Shown here: one piece after another, positions 10,022 through 18,984 of the stretch
Layout of the letters: each line of letters begins with the position of its first letter
Numbering within the stretch: the first letter of the stretch is position 1
IMG/VR virus record: IMGVR_UViG_3300043610_000016
Span: 1 to 41,216 of that record
Direction: 5' to 3' (one strand)
Origin: a virus
Lineage: Duplodnaviria > Caudoviricetes
Length of the DNA: 41,216 bases
Notes under the pieces: generated by a model
The model's database searches: none
The model's input: the letters and a program-made list of their open reading frames with translations, nothing else
Told to the model about the DNA's origin: nothing
Translations under genes and position numbers: made by a program

Positions 10022-11118
10022 TGGCCTTCGATTTTCCAGCCACGCCGACAACCGGCACGATCTACAGCCCCGCAGGTGGGCCGTCCTACCGCTGGGACGG
10101 CGACAAGTGGCAGCTGGTCTCGACCCAGTACCGGCTGAAGACGGCTGAGCCGCACAACTACCTGATCAACCCGGTTTTCAACTATCTTCAAGGCCTGACC
10201 GGCCCCTACGCCACCGGCTATATCGGCGACAACTTTGCCTTCTATCGCGTTCTCTCGACCGGCGTGGTGAGCAGCCAGAGCAGGATCGCCAAGGTGTCGC
10301 CTCGGGGCTCACGGTACCGCCTGCGGTCTATAGTCACCACGCCGCAAGCGGCGATGAGTGCGGCACAATTCGCCCTGATAGAGACCTATATCGAGGGTTT
10401 CGAATTAAACCCGCTGGCGTGGGGTCTGGCGCAAGGCAAGCCAGCTGTCCTCACCTTCGGCTGGAATGGACCGGCGGGCACTTACTGCGTTGCGGTCAGC
10501 AACAGCCCGATCACCCGGACCTTCCTTGCGGCCTTCACGGTGCTCCCCGGGGAGGCGAACACCGACGTCTATTTCAGCATCCCGATCTCGCCGCCGCCCA
10601 GCGGTACCTTCCGCACCGACATCGGCATCGGGGTCAGTATCGACTTCGGTCTCGCGTGCGGGTCCGACTACCTCGGCTCGGCCGGGTGGAGCACCGGCGA
10701 GTTTATCGGCATCACCGGGCTGCAGGCCAACGGTCTCGCCGCCGCCAACACGTTCGAGCTGTTCGACACCGGCTTCTTTGCCGACCCGGACAACACCGGA
10801 CTGCCGCCGGTCTGGGACCCACCCAACGAGATCGACGACCTGCGCCGCTGCAAGCGTTTCTACGAGACCGCCATCCCTTCCGGCTTCAGCGGCAACGTCA
10901 CCAGCGGCCAGTCATATACCGCCTTCGGCCGGTTCGAGGTGGCGAAGAGCGGCAACCCGACCCTCTCGGGCACCAACGGTGCCAACACGTCCTTCGGGGC
11001 GACGGTCGGCACGCTGGCCAACTTGGGCGACTTCCGAACATTCTCCGAGGCCCGGGCGGCCACTGCCACCGCCACCGGGCTCTTCCGCACTTTGATCACC
11101 GGCAACGCGAGGTTCTGA
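10021..11118 (+). CDS. Tail fibre/receptor-binding protein
   Basis: [12 protein letters not shown]...YRWDGDKW N-terminus, N-x-LINP-x-F, and LRRCKRFYE motifs typical of phage fibres. Confidence 0.65.
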   Translation: MAFDFPATPTTGTIYSPAGGPSYRWDGDKWQLVSTQYRLKTAEPHNYLINPVFNYLQGLTGPYATGYIGDNFAFYRVLSTGVVSSQSRIAKVSPRGSRYRLRSIVTTPQAAMSAAQFALIETYIEGFELNPLAWGLAQGKPAVLTFGWNGPAGTYCVAVSNSPITRTFLAAFTVLPGEANTDVYFSIPISPPPSGTFRTDIGIGVSIDFGLACGSDYLGSAGWSTGEFIGITGLQANGLAAANTFELFDTGFFADPDNTGLPPVWDPPNEIDDLRRCKRFYETAIPSGFSGNVTSGQSYTAFGRFEVAKSGNPTLSGTNGANTSFGATVGTLANLGDFRTFSEARAATATATGLFRTLITGNARF

Positions 11119-11375
11119 TGAAATACGTTTCAGCAACATGGGTACCCGACGACACGGGCGACGAGGCAAGCGGCTCGATCAGGGCGGTTGGCGACGACGG
11201 GAACATCTACTGGGTCTCGTCGCACAGCAGCACTGTGCCGCCATGGCCCGAGTTCCTCGCCGAGGGTGGCACGGTCGGTCCACCCGAGAATACGACCGAC
11301 GAGAACATCACCAGCGCCCCGGACGATCTGACCGGCGGCCCAACCTTAGGAGAGATATTCCATGGCAACCAGTGA
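11118..11375 (+). CDS. Small tail-associated hypothetical protein
   Basis: TGATG coupling; MKYVSATW...WPEFLAEGG. Confidence 0.65.
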   Translation: MKYVSATWVPDDTGDEASGSIRAVGDDGNIYWVSSHSSTVPPWPEFLAEGGTVGPPENTTDENITSAPDDLTGGPTLGEIFHGNQ

Positions 11376-11682
11376 CATCATTACGGCCGCATCCAAGCCG
11401 ATCTTCTACACCCGCGTCGCCTTCATCGCCCTGAAGGCAGCGCAGAATGTCGCCAACGAGGACCCGGGCACGCCTAACCACGCAGTGCGGGCCGCCTATG
11501 CCGGGCGGGTGCTGACCGGCGAGGACAAGGCCCTGCTGATCGCCCTGCACATTGCCGCGTCGAACAGCACCATCGCCGCGACGTTGGAGACCGGCGGCGG
11601 TGAAGCCGTGCCAGATGGCGATCTGGAATTTGCCATGGGACAGATTTGGGACGCGCGGGCAAACGCCTTCGTGGGGACCTGA
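11362..11682 (+). CDS. Hypothetical protein
   Basis: AGGAG RBS; 106 aa; phage-like codon use. Confidence 0.7.
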   Translation: MATSDIITAASKPIFYTRVAFIALKAAQNVANEDPGTPNHAVRAAYAGRVLTGEDKALLIALHIAASNSTIAATLETGGGEAVPDGDLEFAMGQIWDARANAFVGT

Positions 11683-11702
11683 TAACCGGAAAGGAAAAGA
11701 CC

Positions 11703-11912
11703 ATGACTGACAAGACAATCGACGAACGCAAGGCTGAGCTGGCAGAGCTGCTGAAAGATGCCTCGAACCAACCGGCAACACCGGAGGGCGCACAGGGCGC
11801 ATTCAGCATCCCGAACCTGTGGGGCCTCGTTGCCGCGCACCTGTTCGATGCCATTGAGCAGATCGTTCAGGAAGCGATCCAGCGGTTGCGGGACGAGCAG
11901 AAAGGGAAATAG
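11703..11912 (+). CDS. Hypothetical protein
   Basis: AAGGAA RBS; MTDKTIDERK... Confidence 0.65.
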   Translation: MTDKTIDERKAELAELLKDASNQPATPEGAQGAFSIPNLWGLVAAHLFDAIEQIVQEAIQRLRDEQKGK

Positions 11913-11914
11913 CG

Positions 11915-12118
11915 ATGGTTTATCTGATCGTTTATGTGCTGGTGGTCTGCGCTCTGCTGGCGCTGGTCTACTGGGCTGTACCGGCTCTGGGCACGCCCGA
12001 GCCGGTGGCGCGGGTGGTCAGGGTCGGGTCGGTCATCATCGCCTTCGTGGTGATCCTGATCCTGCTGCTGAACGCCTTCGGCATGTCGACCGGTGGCATC
12101 CAAACCCCCAAGCTATGA
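11915..12118 (+). CDS. Two-TM membrane protein, holin candidate
   Basis: Two hydrophobic helices; last gene of the late operon. Confidence 0.6.
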   Translation: MVYLIVYVLVVCALLALVYWAVPALGTPEPVARVVRVGSVIIAFVVILILLLNAFGMSTGGIQTPKL

Positions 12119-12141
12119 AAAAGGGCCCCCGAGGGGGCCCT
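12118..12141 (-). terminator. Rho-independent terminator between convergent operons
   Basis: AGGGCCCCC-GA-GGGGGCCCT hairpin with a T-run on the minus strand. Confidence 0.8.
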
Positions 12142-12146
12142 GATAC

Positions 12147-12272
12147 TCATGGCAGGTTGTGGTAGAGGACCACCAGCACTGCGGCCACCAGCCACAATGC
12201 GAACCAGACGCGGCGCTGCCGTCGTTCCCGTCGTTCGTAGACCTCGTCTCGGCGTTTTTCCCAGTCACTCAT
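12147..12272 (-). CDS. 41-aa membrane peptide (not in the ORF track)
   Basis: MSDWEKRRDEVYERRERRQRRVWFALWLVAAVLVVLYHNLP; purine-rich RBS. Confidence 0.55.
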   Translation of the reverse strand: MSDWEKRRDEVYERRERRQRRVWFALWLVAAVLVVLYHNLP

Positions 12273-12285
12273 TTCCTGTCCCCTT

Positions 12286-12510
12286 TTATAGATAGTCATG
12301 TTGGAACACCTCCAGCTCGATGCCGGTGGCCTTCTTGACGCGCGTCATGTGGCCCACGGCCGCGATCCGCGCCTTGAAGCCGTAGACGGACGCCTTGAAA
12401 CCGGCGGCCTTCAGCTGCTCGATCAGCGCCTTGCGCGCCGGGCCCTGAATGTCGGTCTGGATCGCGCAGCCCCAGAAGCGCAGGTTGGGGTCTTGTGGCA
12501 TCATTTGCAT
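12286..12510 (-). CDS. Hypothetical protein
   Basis: MQMMPQDPNLRFWG...; coupled to the upstream stop codon. Confidence 0.6.
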   Translation of the reverse strand: MQMMPQDPNLRFWGCAIQTDIQGPARKALIEQLKAAGFKASVYGFKARIAAVGHMTRVKKATGIELEVFQHDYL

Positions 12511-12698
12511 CACTCGTTCTCCGGGGCGGGGAGCGCCGCCAGCGCATTTTTGAGTAGTTCCGGGTAGCGGAACCCGCGACCCTGTTCGATGCCCTCCAGC
12601 GTCCGCTGCGGCAGGCCGAGGGCGGCGGCCGCTGCGCGGACAGGCACCTGCCCGCGCCATGTCTTGACCGCGAGGGCCAGTTCCTGTGCTTCGTTCAT
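12510..12698 (-). CDS. XRE-family HTH protein
   Basis: AAAAALGLPQRTLEGIEQGR helix-turn-helix; GAGGAG RBS. Confidence 0.7.
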   Translation of the reverse strand: MNEAQELALAVKTWRGQVPVRAAAAALGLPQRTLEGIEQGRGFRYPELLKNALAALPAPENE

Positions 12699-12928
12699 TG
12701 GTCCTGCTCCTCGTCTTCGTCGTTGTCCTCGGCCAACAGGGCTCGGCGCTCGGCCTCGTCCAGCTCGGCCCACCGGGCCTCACGCTCGGCAATGATGCGA
12801 TCCTTCTCGGCCTGCGGCAGGGCGTGGTAGGCGGCATCCTCGGCGGCGCTGGCGGCCTTCTCCTTGGCGAGGCGCGTGGCCTCCTCCTCGGCGAACATCT
12901 CGTCCAGTGTCTGCATCTTGCGGGTCAT
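12695..12928 (-). CDS. Acidic helical hypothetical protein
   Basis: AAGGAG RBS before ATG 12928; could extend to 13003. Confidence 0.6.
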   Translation of the reverse strand: MTRKMQTLDEMFAEEEATRLAKEKAASAAEDAAYHALPQAEKDRIIAEREARWAELDEAERRALLAEDNDEDEEQDQ

Positions 12929-13002
12929 CGCTTCATCTCCTTCAGTGTGGTTGGAACGGGTGACCAGCCACCCGTTCCCGATCCTGCGGATGATCACCGC
13001 CA

Positions 13003-13557
13003 TCACTTGGCCTTGCGGGTTGGCCACTGGTTGAACAGGGTGCCGAGCTTCGACGTGTTGACGATCTGCATGGTCGTCCAGCGTTCGACGCTGCCATCGG
13101 CCTTGGTGACGGTCAGGGTCGAGTAACCCCAGACGTGCGAACCGGTCAGCGAGGCGTCGACGACGTCACCGATCTTGTTGACGAGCTTCATGACGAAGAG
13201 GTCGTATTGATCGCCTGCGCCCTTGATCATCTCGGCGACGAAGGCGTCGACGTTCTCTGGCTTGTGAGCGCGGATATTCGGCTCGCCCCAACGACGGGTT
13301 GCTGCCGTGTAGGTCGTCAGGCGGGTGGCCAGATCGTGGCGCGCCATCTTGGCCCTGTAGGTTTCTCTGCTGTCAGTCGCCTTGCCGCGCGGGTATGCGG
13401 CGTCGAGGTCCATGCCGTGCTCTTCCATCTTGGCGAGGTACTTGCCAGCCAGTGCGCGAGCATCCTGCTCGGCGCGGGCGAAGGCGTCCTGCTTCTGCGG
13501 CAGAACAGCGGCGGTGATCGGGTTGGCAGTGTCGAGGTGGGCGGCGGTCTTAGGCAT
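13003..13557 (-). CDS. Hypothetical phage protein
   Basis: MPKTAAHL...IVNTSKLGTLFNQWPTR; purine-rich RBS. Confidence 0.7.
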   Translation of the reverse strand: MPKTAAHLDTANPITAAVLPQKQDAFARAEQDARALAGKYLAKMEEHGMDLDAAYPRGKATDSRETYRAKMARHDLATRLTTYTAATRRWGEPNIRAHKPENVDAFVAEMIKGAGDQYDLFVMKLVNKIGDVVDASLTGSHVWGYSTLTVTKADGSVERWTTMQIVNTSKLGTLFNQWPTRKAK

Positions 13558-13769
13558 GTGGTGTCTCTCTTTCCCTTGTTGGTGGTTCCACCATACGCAC
13601 CCTGCGTAGAGAGCACAAGAACAAAATGCGCGTGGTGCGTACCTCATTAGAGGTAGCGGCACAAAGAGCGGCACAAGCTCCGGCACAGATTTCCGGGCTT
13701 TTCTACCAGCGGCACAAAACGCGGCACAAAAACGGACATGGAAATCCCACGGTTTGGGGCGTTTCGGGC

Positions 13770-13906
13770 TAAGATGTTGATATTTCAGGAGGTTTTTGGT
13801 GAGCGCGCGGGGGTTCGAACCCCGGACCTACTGATTAAAAGTCATTAGAAAGTCATTTGATATCAAGGACATAGGTACCATTTAAACCTGAAATATCAAT
13901 GCGTTA
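13770..13906. promoter_or_regulatory. Two IHF consensus sites flanking the att core
   Basis: WATCAANNNNTTR matches: TATCAACATCTTA (minus, 13770-13782) and TATCAATGCGTTA (13894-13906). Confidence 0.65.
13797..13844 (-). other. attP core: 3' half of tRNA-Lys(UUU)
   Basis: Minus strand TGACTTTTAATCAGTAGGTCCGGGGTTCGAACCCCCGCGCGCTCACCA = anticodon loop, T-arm, acceptor 3' strand and CCA; next to the integrase. Confidence 0.9.
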
Positions 13907-14002
13907 TAGACATATATAGAAAAACACACTAAGGTACATTTAAGCGGTTTTCCGGCACAAAGCGGCACAAATCGGCACAAAAAATTTAGACGGAGTGACA
14001 CC

Positions 14003-15265
14003 ATGACCACCAAAAAGAGACTGACCGACACGATCTGCGCTTCCGGCGCTCCCGGTACCTATTACGATCACGTCGTCGCCGGGCTGCAGCTCCGGGTCGG
14101 CAAGAAGGCGCGCAGCTTCGAAATCCGCATCGAGCGCGACGGCAAGCGCAAGTTTTTCCCGCTCGGCAAGTACGGCACGACACCCCCGGCGCTGACGCTG
14201 GCCGATGCCCGCGCACAGGCCAAGGAGATGATCGAGCGCGCCGACGCTGGTGGCGTCGAGCGGGCCGCGCCCGAACCCGAGGTCGAAGCGCCGACGCAGA
14301 AGACGGTGAAGGACCTTCTCGACGAGTATGAGGCGCACCGCAAGCGCAAGGGCGAGAAGGTGAAGACGCTGCCGTCAATGATGCACACCCTGCGGCTCTA
14401 CCTCGACGACTTCCTGACCAAGCCATGGTCGGCCCTGACCAAGGCGGAAATCCGCACCGTCCGCGACCAGATCGCCGATGGCAAGCACAAGAACTCGCGG
14501 CGCTATGGGCCGGAGAAAAAGACCCGCCCGGCACCCATCGCCTCCAATCGTTTCTTGGGGTATCTCGGCCCGGTGATGACATGGGCAACGAGCGAGGAGT
14601 GGGATGGTATGGGGGCTCATCCGGTCGCCCGCATGCAGCGGCAGGGCACGGAAAGGAAGCGGGACCGATTGCTGACGGAGGATGAAATGCGCGCTATCTG
14701 GACAGCTACATTCAACGCCCCGGCCGACAATCGCGCTTCGCAGTCTTATGGGCGGCTGGTGCGCTTCCTGCTCGTCACCATCCAGCGCAAGACCGAAAGC
14801 TCGGTCATCTGCCACGGGCACGTCCTCGACGGCAACTGGTACGTCGGCGGCCGCACCGGCAAGGACAACAAGTCCAGCCGCGTCCACCGGCTAAAGCTGC
14901 CGTCACTGGCGCTGGCGGCCATGGGGGAGGGCGCTGCCCGTGACCTCGCCTTCCCGGGCCGATTGTTCGACAATGAAGACCCGAAGCCTCTCTCCGGCTT
15001 CTCCAAGCTGCACAAGGAGCTGGTGAAGCGGGCAGGCACCGACTGGTGGACCCTGCACGATCTGCGCCGCACCGGGGCGACCGGCATGCGCGATCTACTC
15101 GTTCCCAAGGATGATGTCGATGCGGTGCAGAACCACGCCGAGGTCGGTGTGCGTCGCAACTACTTCCACGATGAGAGCTATGAGGCGAAGGCAAAGGCTC
15201 TGGAGACGTGGAACGCTCACCTCGTCAATCTGCTGGCGGTCAAGCCTGCTGCCGCTGCTGGTTGA
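14003..15265 (+). CDS. int: Tyrosine integrase with an N-terminal arm-binding domain
   Basis: GLQLRVG...LGKYG...LADAR arm domain; R (QRK), HDLRRT, H and Y catalytic motifs. Confidence 0.93.
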   Translation: MTTKKRLTDTICASGAPGTYYDHVVAGLQLRVGKKARSFEIRIERDGKRKFFPLGKYGTTPPALTLADARAQAKEMIERADAGGVERAAPEPEVEAPTQKTVKDLLDEYEAHRKRKGEKVKTLPSMMHTLRLYLDDFLTKPWSALTKAEIRTVRDQIADGKHKNSRRYGPEKKTRPAPIASNRFLGYLGPVMTWATSEEWDGMGAHPVARMQRQGTERKRDRLLTEDEMRAIWTATFNAPADNRASQSYGRLVRFLLVTIQRKTESSVICHGHVLDGNWYVGGRTGKDNKSSRVHRLKLPSLALAAMGEGAARDLAFPGRLFDNEDPKPLSGFSKLHKELVKRAGTDWWTLHDLRRTGATGMRDLLVPKDDVDAVQNHAEVGVRRNYFHDESYEAKAKALETWNAHLVNLLAVKPAAAAG

Positions 15266-15458
15266 TCCATGCTTTCACGGCGGCGCGATTGAAGATGGCA
15301 GCGCCGCCGCGACCTTTCGCCAATTTGATGGGCCGGGGAAACCCGGCCTTTTGCTTGTTGGCGAGGTCCGCGCGACTGGAGATGATCCGCCGCTCGAGCA
15401 GATCATCGAAGCGCCAGAAGGCGTACTCGTCGTCGCCGACGACGGGGTCCGGTGTCAT
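15240..15458 (-). CDS. xis: Excisionase/AlpA-like protein
   Basis: GFPRPIKL...FNRAAVKAWI; convergent with int. Confidence 0.7.
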   Translation of the reverse strand: MTPDPVVGDDEYAFWRFDDLLERRIISSRADLANKQKAGFPRPIKLAKGRGGAAIFNRAAVKAWINQQRQQA

Positions 15459-16648
15459 TTCAGCTCCCCCAATCGCTTCTCGGCCGTGGCGCGCCTGATC
15501 CGGCCGTCAAGCACCTGCGCGCAGCTGTCGGCCAGCTCCTTGAAGAAGGCCGCATCGAGCTTGTCCTCCCATGTGGGCAGGATGTCCTCGAGCAGCTCGC
15601 CGCGATCCTGCATGCTCAGCTTTTCATCGCTGGCGAGGTCGAGCAGTTTGGTGATGGCTTCCTGACGGAGAGGGGCGGCAGCAGCATCCTTCGCAATAGC
15701 GGGGGGCTCTGGGTTGGATGCTGCTGCCTGACCAGCTGCTGACGACGGGTCGGGATCAGCTGGTGTCTCAGGGTCTACTGTCTTGCCGGGCTTCTCGGCA
15801 ACCGGTTTTTCCTCGGTCTTGGTCTTGTCCCCAGCAAACTGCTCGAGCGCCGGGGCTCCGGTGACCGCCTCCTGCTTCAGCGGCGGGAAGGTCTCGTCGA
15901 CCGTGGCCATGCCGTCATTGATGGCCTTGCCCATGGCGACCACCTTGGCGATGTCCGGGGCCAGCCAGTCGCGCGCCGGGCGGCCGATCACCGCCTCGAC
16001 CCGGGGCAGGGCCACCATGGCACTGACGCGCTCGACGGCGCGCTCGCGCCACTTGTCGACGTCCTTGCCGATCTTGGTGACCAGTGCGCTGCGTGCCTGC
16101 TCATAGGCGTAGTCGGCATAGGTCTGCAGGGCATTGACGACGACGTTGCGGATCGCCTTCGACGTGCCGATCTGGAAACTGATCTCCTGATTGCGGGCGG
16201 CGTCGCCACCGCCGACCCGTGCCGCACCCTTGCGCTGGCGGAACAGCCGGGTCAGCGCAAAGCCGCTCTCCAGATCGATGAAGCGGGCGCTGATCTCCCA
16301 GTAGTCGATGCCCTCGTTCGACACCCATGTGTCGACGTCGCAGCTGCCATAGATGCGGGCGACATCATTTGCCAGCTTGATTGAGGGTCCTTCGACCCAT
16401 GTGGTCTTGCCGGTTTTGTTGTCCTTGAAGGGAATGCGGTAGTACCAGTCCTCCCCGGCGGCGTTCCCCAGCGCGGAGATTTTGCGCAGCACCGCCGCAT
16501 CGTCGCGCGGCACAACGATGAGCTGCGCCCCGTGAATGAGAGCGGGCGGTGCCGCCTTCTGGATGGCGGGCAGCAGCTCCTGCTTCGGGGCTGCGGCGGC
16601 GGCAAATTCGTCGAGCGCCGACTGACGGTCGCTGATCTGTTCGTTCAT
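15455..16648 (-). CDS. Putative single-strand annealing/recombination protein
   Basis: YRIP...VEGPSIKLA...YG motif; same operon as the YqaJ exonuclease. Confidence 0.55.
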   Translation of the reverse strand: MNEQISDRQSALDEFAAAAAPKQELLPAIQKAAPPALIHGAQLIVVPRDDAAVLRKISALGNAAGEDWYYRIPFKDNKTGKTTWVEGPSIKLANDVARIYGSCDVDTWVSNEGIDYWEISARFIDLESGFALTRLFRQRKGAARVGGGDAARNQEISFQIGTSKAIRNVVVNALQTYADYAYEQARSALVTKIGKDVDKWRERAVERVSAMVALPRVEAVIGRPARDWLAPDIAKVVAMGKAINDGMATVDETFPPLKQEAVTGAPALEQFAGDKTKTEEKPVAEKPGKTVDPETPADPDPSSAAGQAAASNPEPPAIAKDAAAAPLRQEAITKLLDLASDEKLSMQDRGELLEDILPTWEDKLDAAFFKELADSCAQVLDGRIRRATAEKRLGELK

Positions 16649-17295
16649 GACGGTATCTCCTGTTTGAAAAAGGTCTGCATCACCCGCTCGTAGCGCTTGA
16701 GGTAGATGTCGAACTGCGTCGCGTCCTCGGGGGTGCGGACATACTCCTTGAGGATCGGCAGGCCGCTCTCGACCGAGGCGTCGACCTCGGCCCGGGTGGC
16801 GCGCCGTCCTTTGGCATAGAACTCGAGGTCGACCGGCTCACCCGGGTGGAACAGGAAGCCCGGGCCCTCGCGCCGCACCTTGTAGTCCTTGGTGATCCAG
16901 ACGGCCGACACCCCGGGGTTGCGGTCGATCATGATCCCGGCCACCACTGCTCCCTCGGGAGGCTCGGCGCGCTTGGCCATCGGGCGTGACAGGAATGGAC
17001 AGTTGAGGGCGGCGAAGGTGGCGCAGTCGCGGTGGCTCGGCGGCTCCGACGTCACCCGGTTGACGACGCACATCGGGCCGATGACGAAGGCCTTGTAGGT
17101 GCCGAGCTGGTCGCCGCAAACCCAGCAGCGGCTCTGCCCGATGCAGCGGCGCAGGTGTTCCGGGTTCATGACAGCAAAATCGGGCTGGCCGTTGAACCAG
17201 CTCACGAAGGCCGGGACCGGGTAACCGCGCTTGTCACGCGGCATGGTCTTCATGCGCGGCGGCAGGCCGCCGATCCATTCACGTTCGATGCTCAT
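16645..17295 (-). CDS. Cys/His-containing phage hypothetical protein
   Basis: CWVCG...GPMC...EPPSHRDC...CPFL; ATGA coupling. Confidence 0.7.
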   Translation of the reverse strand: MSIEREWIGGLPPRMKTMPRDKRGYPVPAFVSWFNGQPDFAVMNPEHLRRCIGQSRCWVCGDQLGTYKAFVIGPMCVVNRVTSEPPSHRDCATFAALNCPFLSRPMAKRAEPPEGAVVAGIMIDRNPGVSAVWITKDYKVRREGPGFLFHPGEPVDLEFYAKGRRATRAEVDASVESGLPILKEYVRTPEDATQFDIYLKRYERVMQTFFKQEIPS

Positions 17296-18212
17296 GCTGC
17301 CTTCTCCTCCTCGGCTGCGGTGCGGGTGACGCGCAGCACCGGGAACTCCTTGGCCGGGACCACATACTCCCCGCGCCGGGTGATCTTGTGGGTGATCTTC
17401 CAGCCGTCAGCCAGCGCCGCCTCGGCACCGCGCAGCTTCTCGACCAGCTCGGCGTTGAGCGCCTTGACCGAGGCCTCGGCCTCCTTGATCTCGCTGTTCA
17501 GCCGGTCGCGATCCTCCAGCACCCGGTAGATGCGGTTGTCAGTCGACAGGTCGAGCGGGGCCGCCACCTCCGGCCGGGGCGGGTACAGGTGGGCGATGAT
17601 CGCGGCGTCGCGCTCATAGTCCGGGGCCGGGTAGCGCCGGGCGGCGACGTTGGCCCAGAAGTCGATGGCAAGGTCCCTGATGCGCTGCTCGGCCGCCTCA
17701 TGGCGCGGCACCTCGAACAGGTGCAGCTCGGCGTCGAAGGTAGAGACCGAGAGTACGGCGAGAAGGCCGCCATCTGCCTCAAGGAGCGCGTTCTCGCATG
17801 CGGTCTGCAGAACGTACCCGACAGGCGGCACGCCCTCCCAGCGGTCAAATGTGGGCTGGCTGATGGTCTTGATCTGGCAGTTGAGGCCGCGCCCGTCATT
17901 GGTGGTGACCAGAGCGTCGGGCGTGCAGCCGATCTTGGCCTCGGTGTCGATGTAGAAGGCGTTGGGCCGGGTCACCTCCCAGTCCGGGTGCTCCTCCCGG
18001 AGATACTCGACCGCCGCCGCCTCGAACATGCGGCCACGCTTCATCAGCGTGTTCTCGGGCAGCGGGATGAACTCGACCTTCTCGGCGTAGACCTGCAGGG
18101 CGCTGCGGTAGGGATCGACCCGGGCGACCGCGCCGATGTCGGAGGCGGTCAACGCCTCCCTGCGCCACTCGAGCCACTGCTCGCGGCTGGTGATGGGTCT
18201 GATCTCGATCAT
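17292..18212 (-). CDS. YqaJ/lambda-exonuclease family recombinase
   Basis: WLEWRR..LTASD...PY.S.LQVY..K...GR.FE...TPDA...QIKT. Confidence 0.88.
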   Translation of the reverse strand: MIEIRPITSREQWLEWRREALTASDIGAVARVDPYRSALQVYAEKVEFIPLPENTLMKRGRMFEAAAVEYLREEHPDWEVTRPNAFYIDTEAKIGCTPDALVTTNDGRGLNCQIKTISQPTFDRWEGVPPVGYVLQTACENALLEADGGLLAVLSVSTFDAELHLFEVPRHEAAEQRIRDLAIDFWANVAARRYPAPDYERDAAIIAHLYPPRPEVAAPLDLSTDNRIYRVLEDRDRLNSEIKEAEASVKALNAELVEKLRGAEAALADGWKITHKITRRGEYVVPAKEFPVLRVTRTAAEEEKAA

Positions 18213-18556
18213 TGCTCAGGGCTCCCGCTCTCGCCGTCCTTGCGCTGCCGTTGCTCCGACTTCAAAAGGTGCCTGCGCACCGCCACGCCGTCGAGGCCGC
18301 CGGTCGCTTCCCAGTTGGCGACGCGCTCCGGCGTGCCGTAGCTCTCGGGCGGCAGGTAGAGGTGGATAAAGGCAAGGATTTCGTTCAGCGCCCGCCAACC
18401 CTTGGGGTCGGAGGAGTTCATCGTCATCTCCAGCCGGTCGGCCAGCACGCCCGTCATAAAACGGCCGGGAATGTGGCCTTCCTCGACATAATCCTGCAGT
18501 GATCGGCGCAAGTGAAATGGGACGCGTGACCAGTCTGCTTTAGACAGTGGTATCAT
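18209..18556 (-). CDS. Hypothetical phage protein
   Basis: YVEEGHIPGRFMTGVLAD...PESYGTPERVANW; first gene of the leftward operon. Confidence 0.7.
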   Translation of the reverse strand: MIPLSKADWSRVPFHLRRSLQDYVEEGHIPGRFMTGVLADRLEMTMNSSDPKGWRALNEILAFIHLYLPPESYGTPERVANWEATGGLDGVAVRRHLLKSEQRQRKDGESGSPEQ

Positions 18557-18984
18557 GGCTTCTCACCCATTGTAATTAGTTCGAGCGCTCCCTCGCACCG
18601 ATACATCAAAGACACATCCGGTGAAAAAAACAAGCGCCGCATTCAACCCAAACAAGGCGTTAGCGCCGTCTTCTTACCTATCACGCAAAAGTGATCGACT
18701 ATTTTCGGAGGGGCAAACTAAGCAATTAGGTTTAAATGTAGCTGGCCTGACCAAGGGGGTTATCCACAGCTTTCCACAGGGCAAATTGTCGCCTAGTGGA
18801 CCGTGTATTCATTGGGGGTTGACCATCATAAAACCGTCAAATTTGGTGCATTTCTGGGTTGCACCAATTGTGGCAAATGCACGTCCAGATTTTAAACCCA
18901 ACATCCCTGACTGCAGGCTGACATCCGCCTGACAGGTCAGTCCCCAACCGTTGAAAATAAATATTTCAGCGAGCACGGTGGGGA
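18557..18984. promoter_or_regulatory. AT-rich divergent control region with a DnaA box
   Basis: Lies between divergent operons; TTATCCACA at 18760-18768; several inverted repeats. Confidence 0.7.

Larger units (their letters stand above)
13656..13981 (+). repeat. Integrase arm-type sites (CGGCACA direct repeats)
   Basis: Copies at about 13656, 13668, 13680, 13709, 13721 and 13952, 13962, 13972, flanking the att core. Confidence 0.8.

Noticed and set aside
6546-11118. Diversity-generating retroelement or tail-fibre shufflon
   Set aside because: No reverse transcriptase, no TR/VR pair and no inverted fibre cassettes; the serine recombinase is more than 12 kb away.
13797-13875. Complete tRNA-Lys gene
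   Set aside because: Similarity stops in the anticodon stem, with no D-arm or 5' acceptor strand; it is the att core.
13656-13981. CRISPR array
   Set aside because: The repeats are about 9 bp with no spacers of regular length, and there are no cas genes.
18557-18984. CtrA or alphaproteobacterial LexA boxes
   Set aside because: No TTAA-N7-TTAA or GTTC-N7-GTTC match found by eye.
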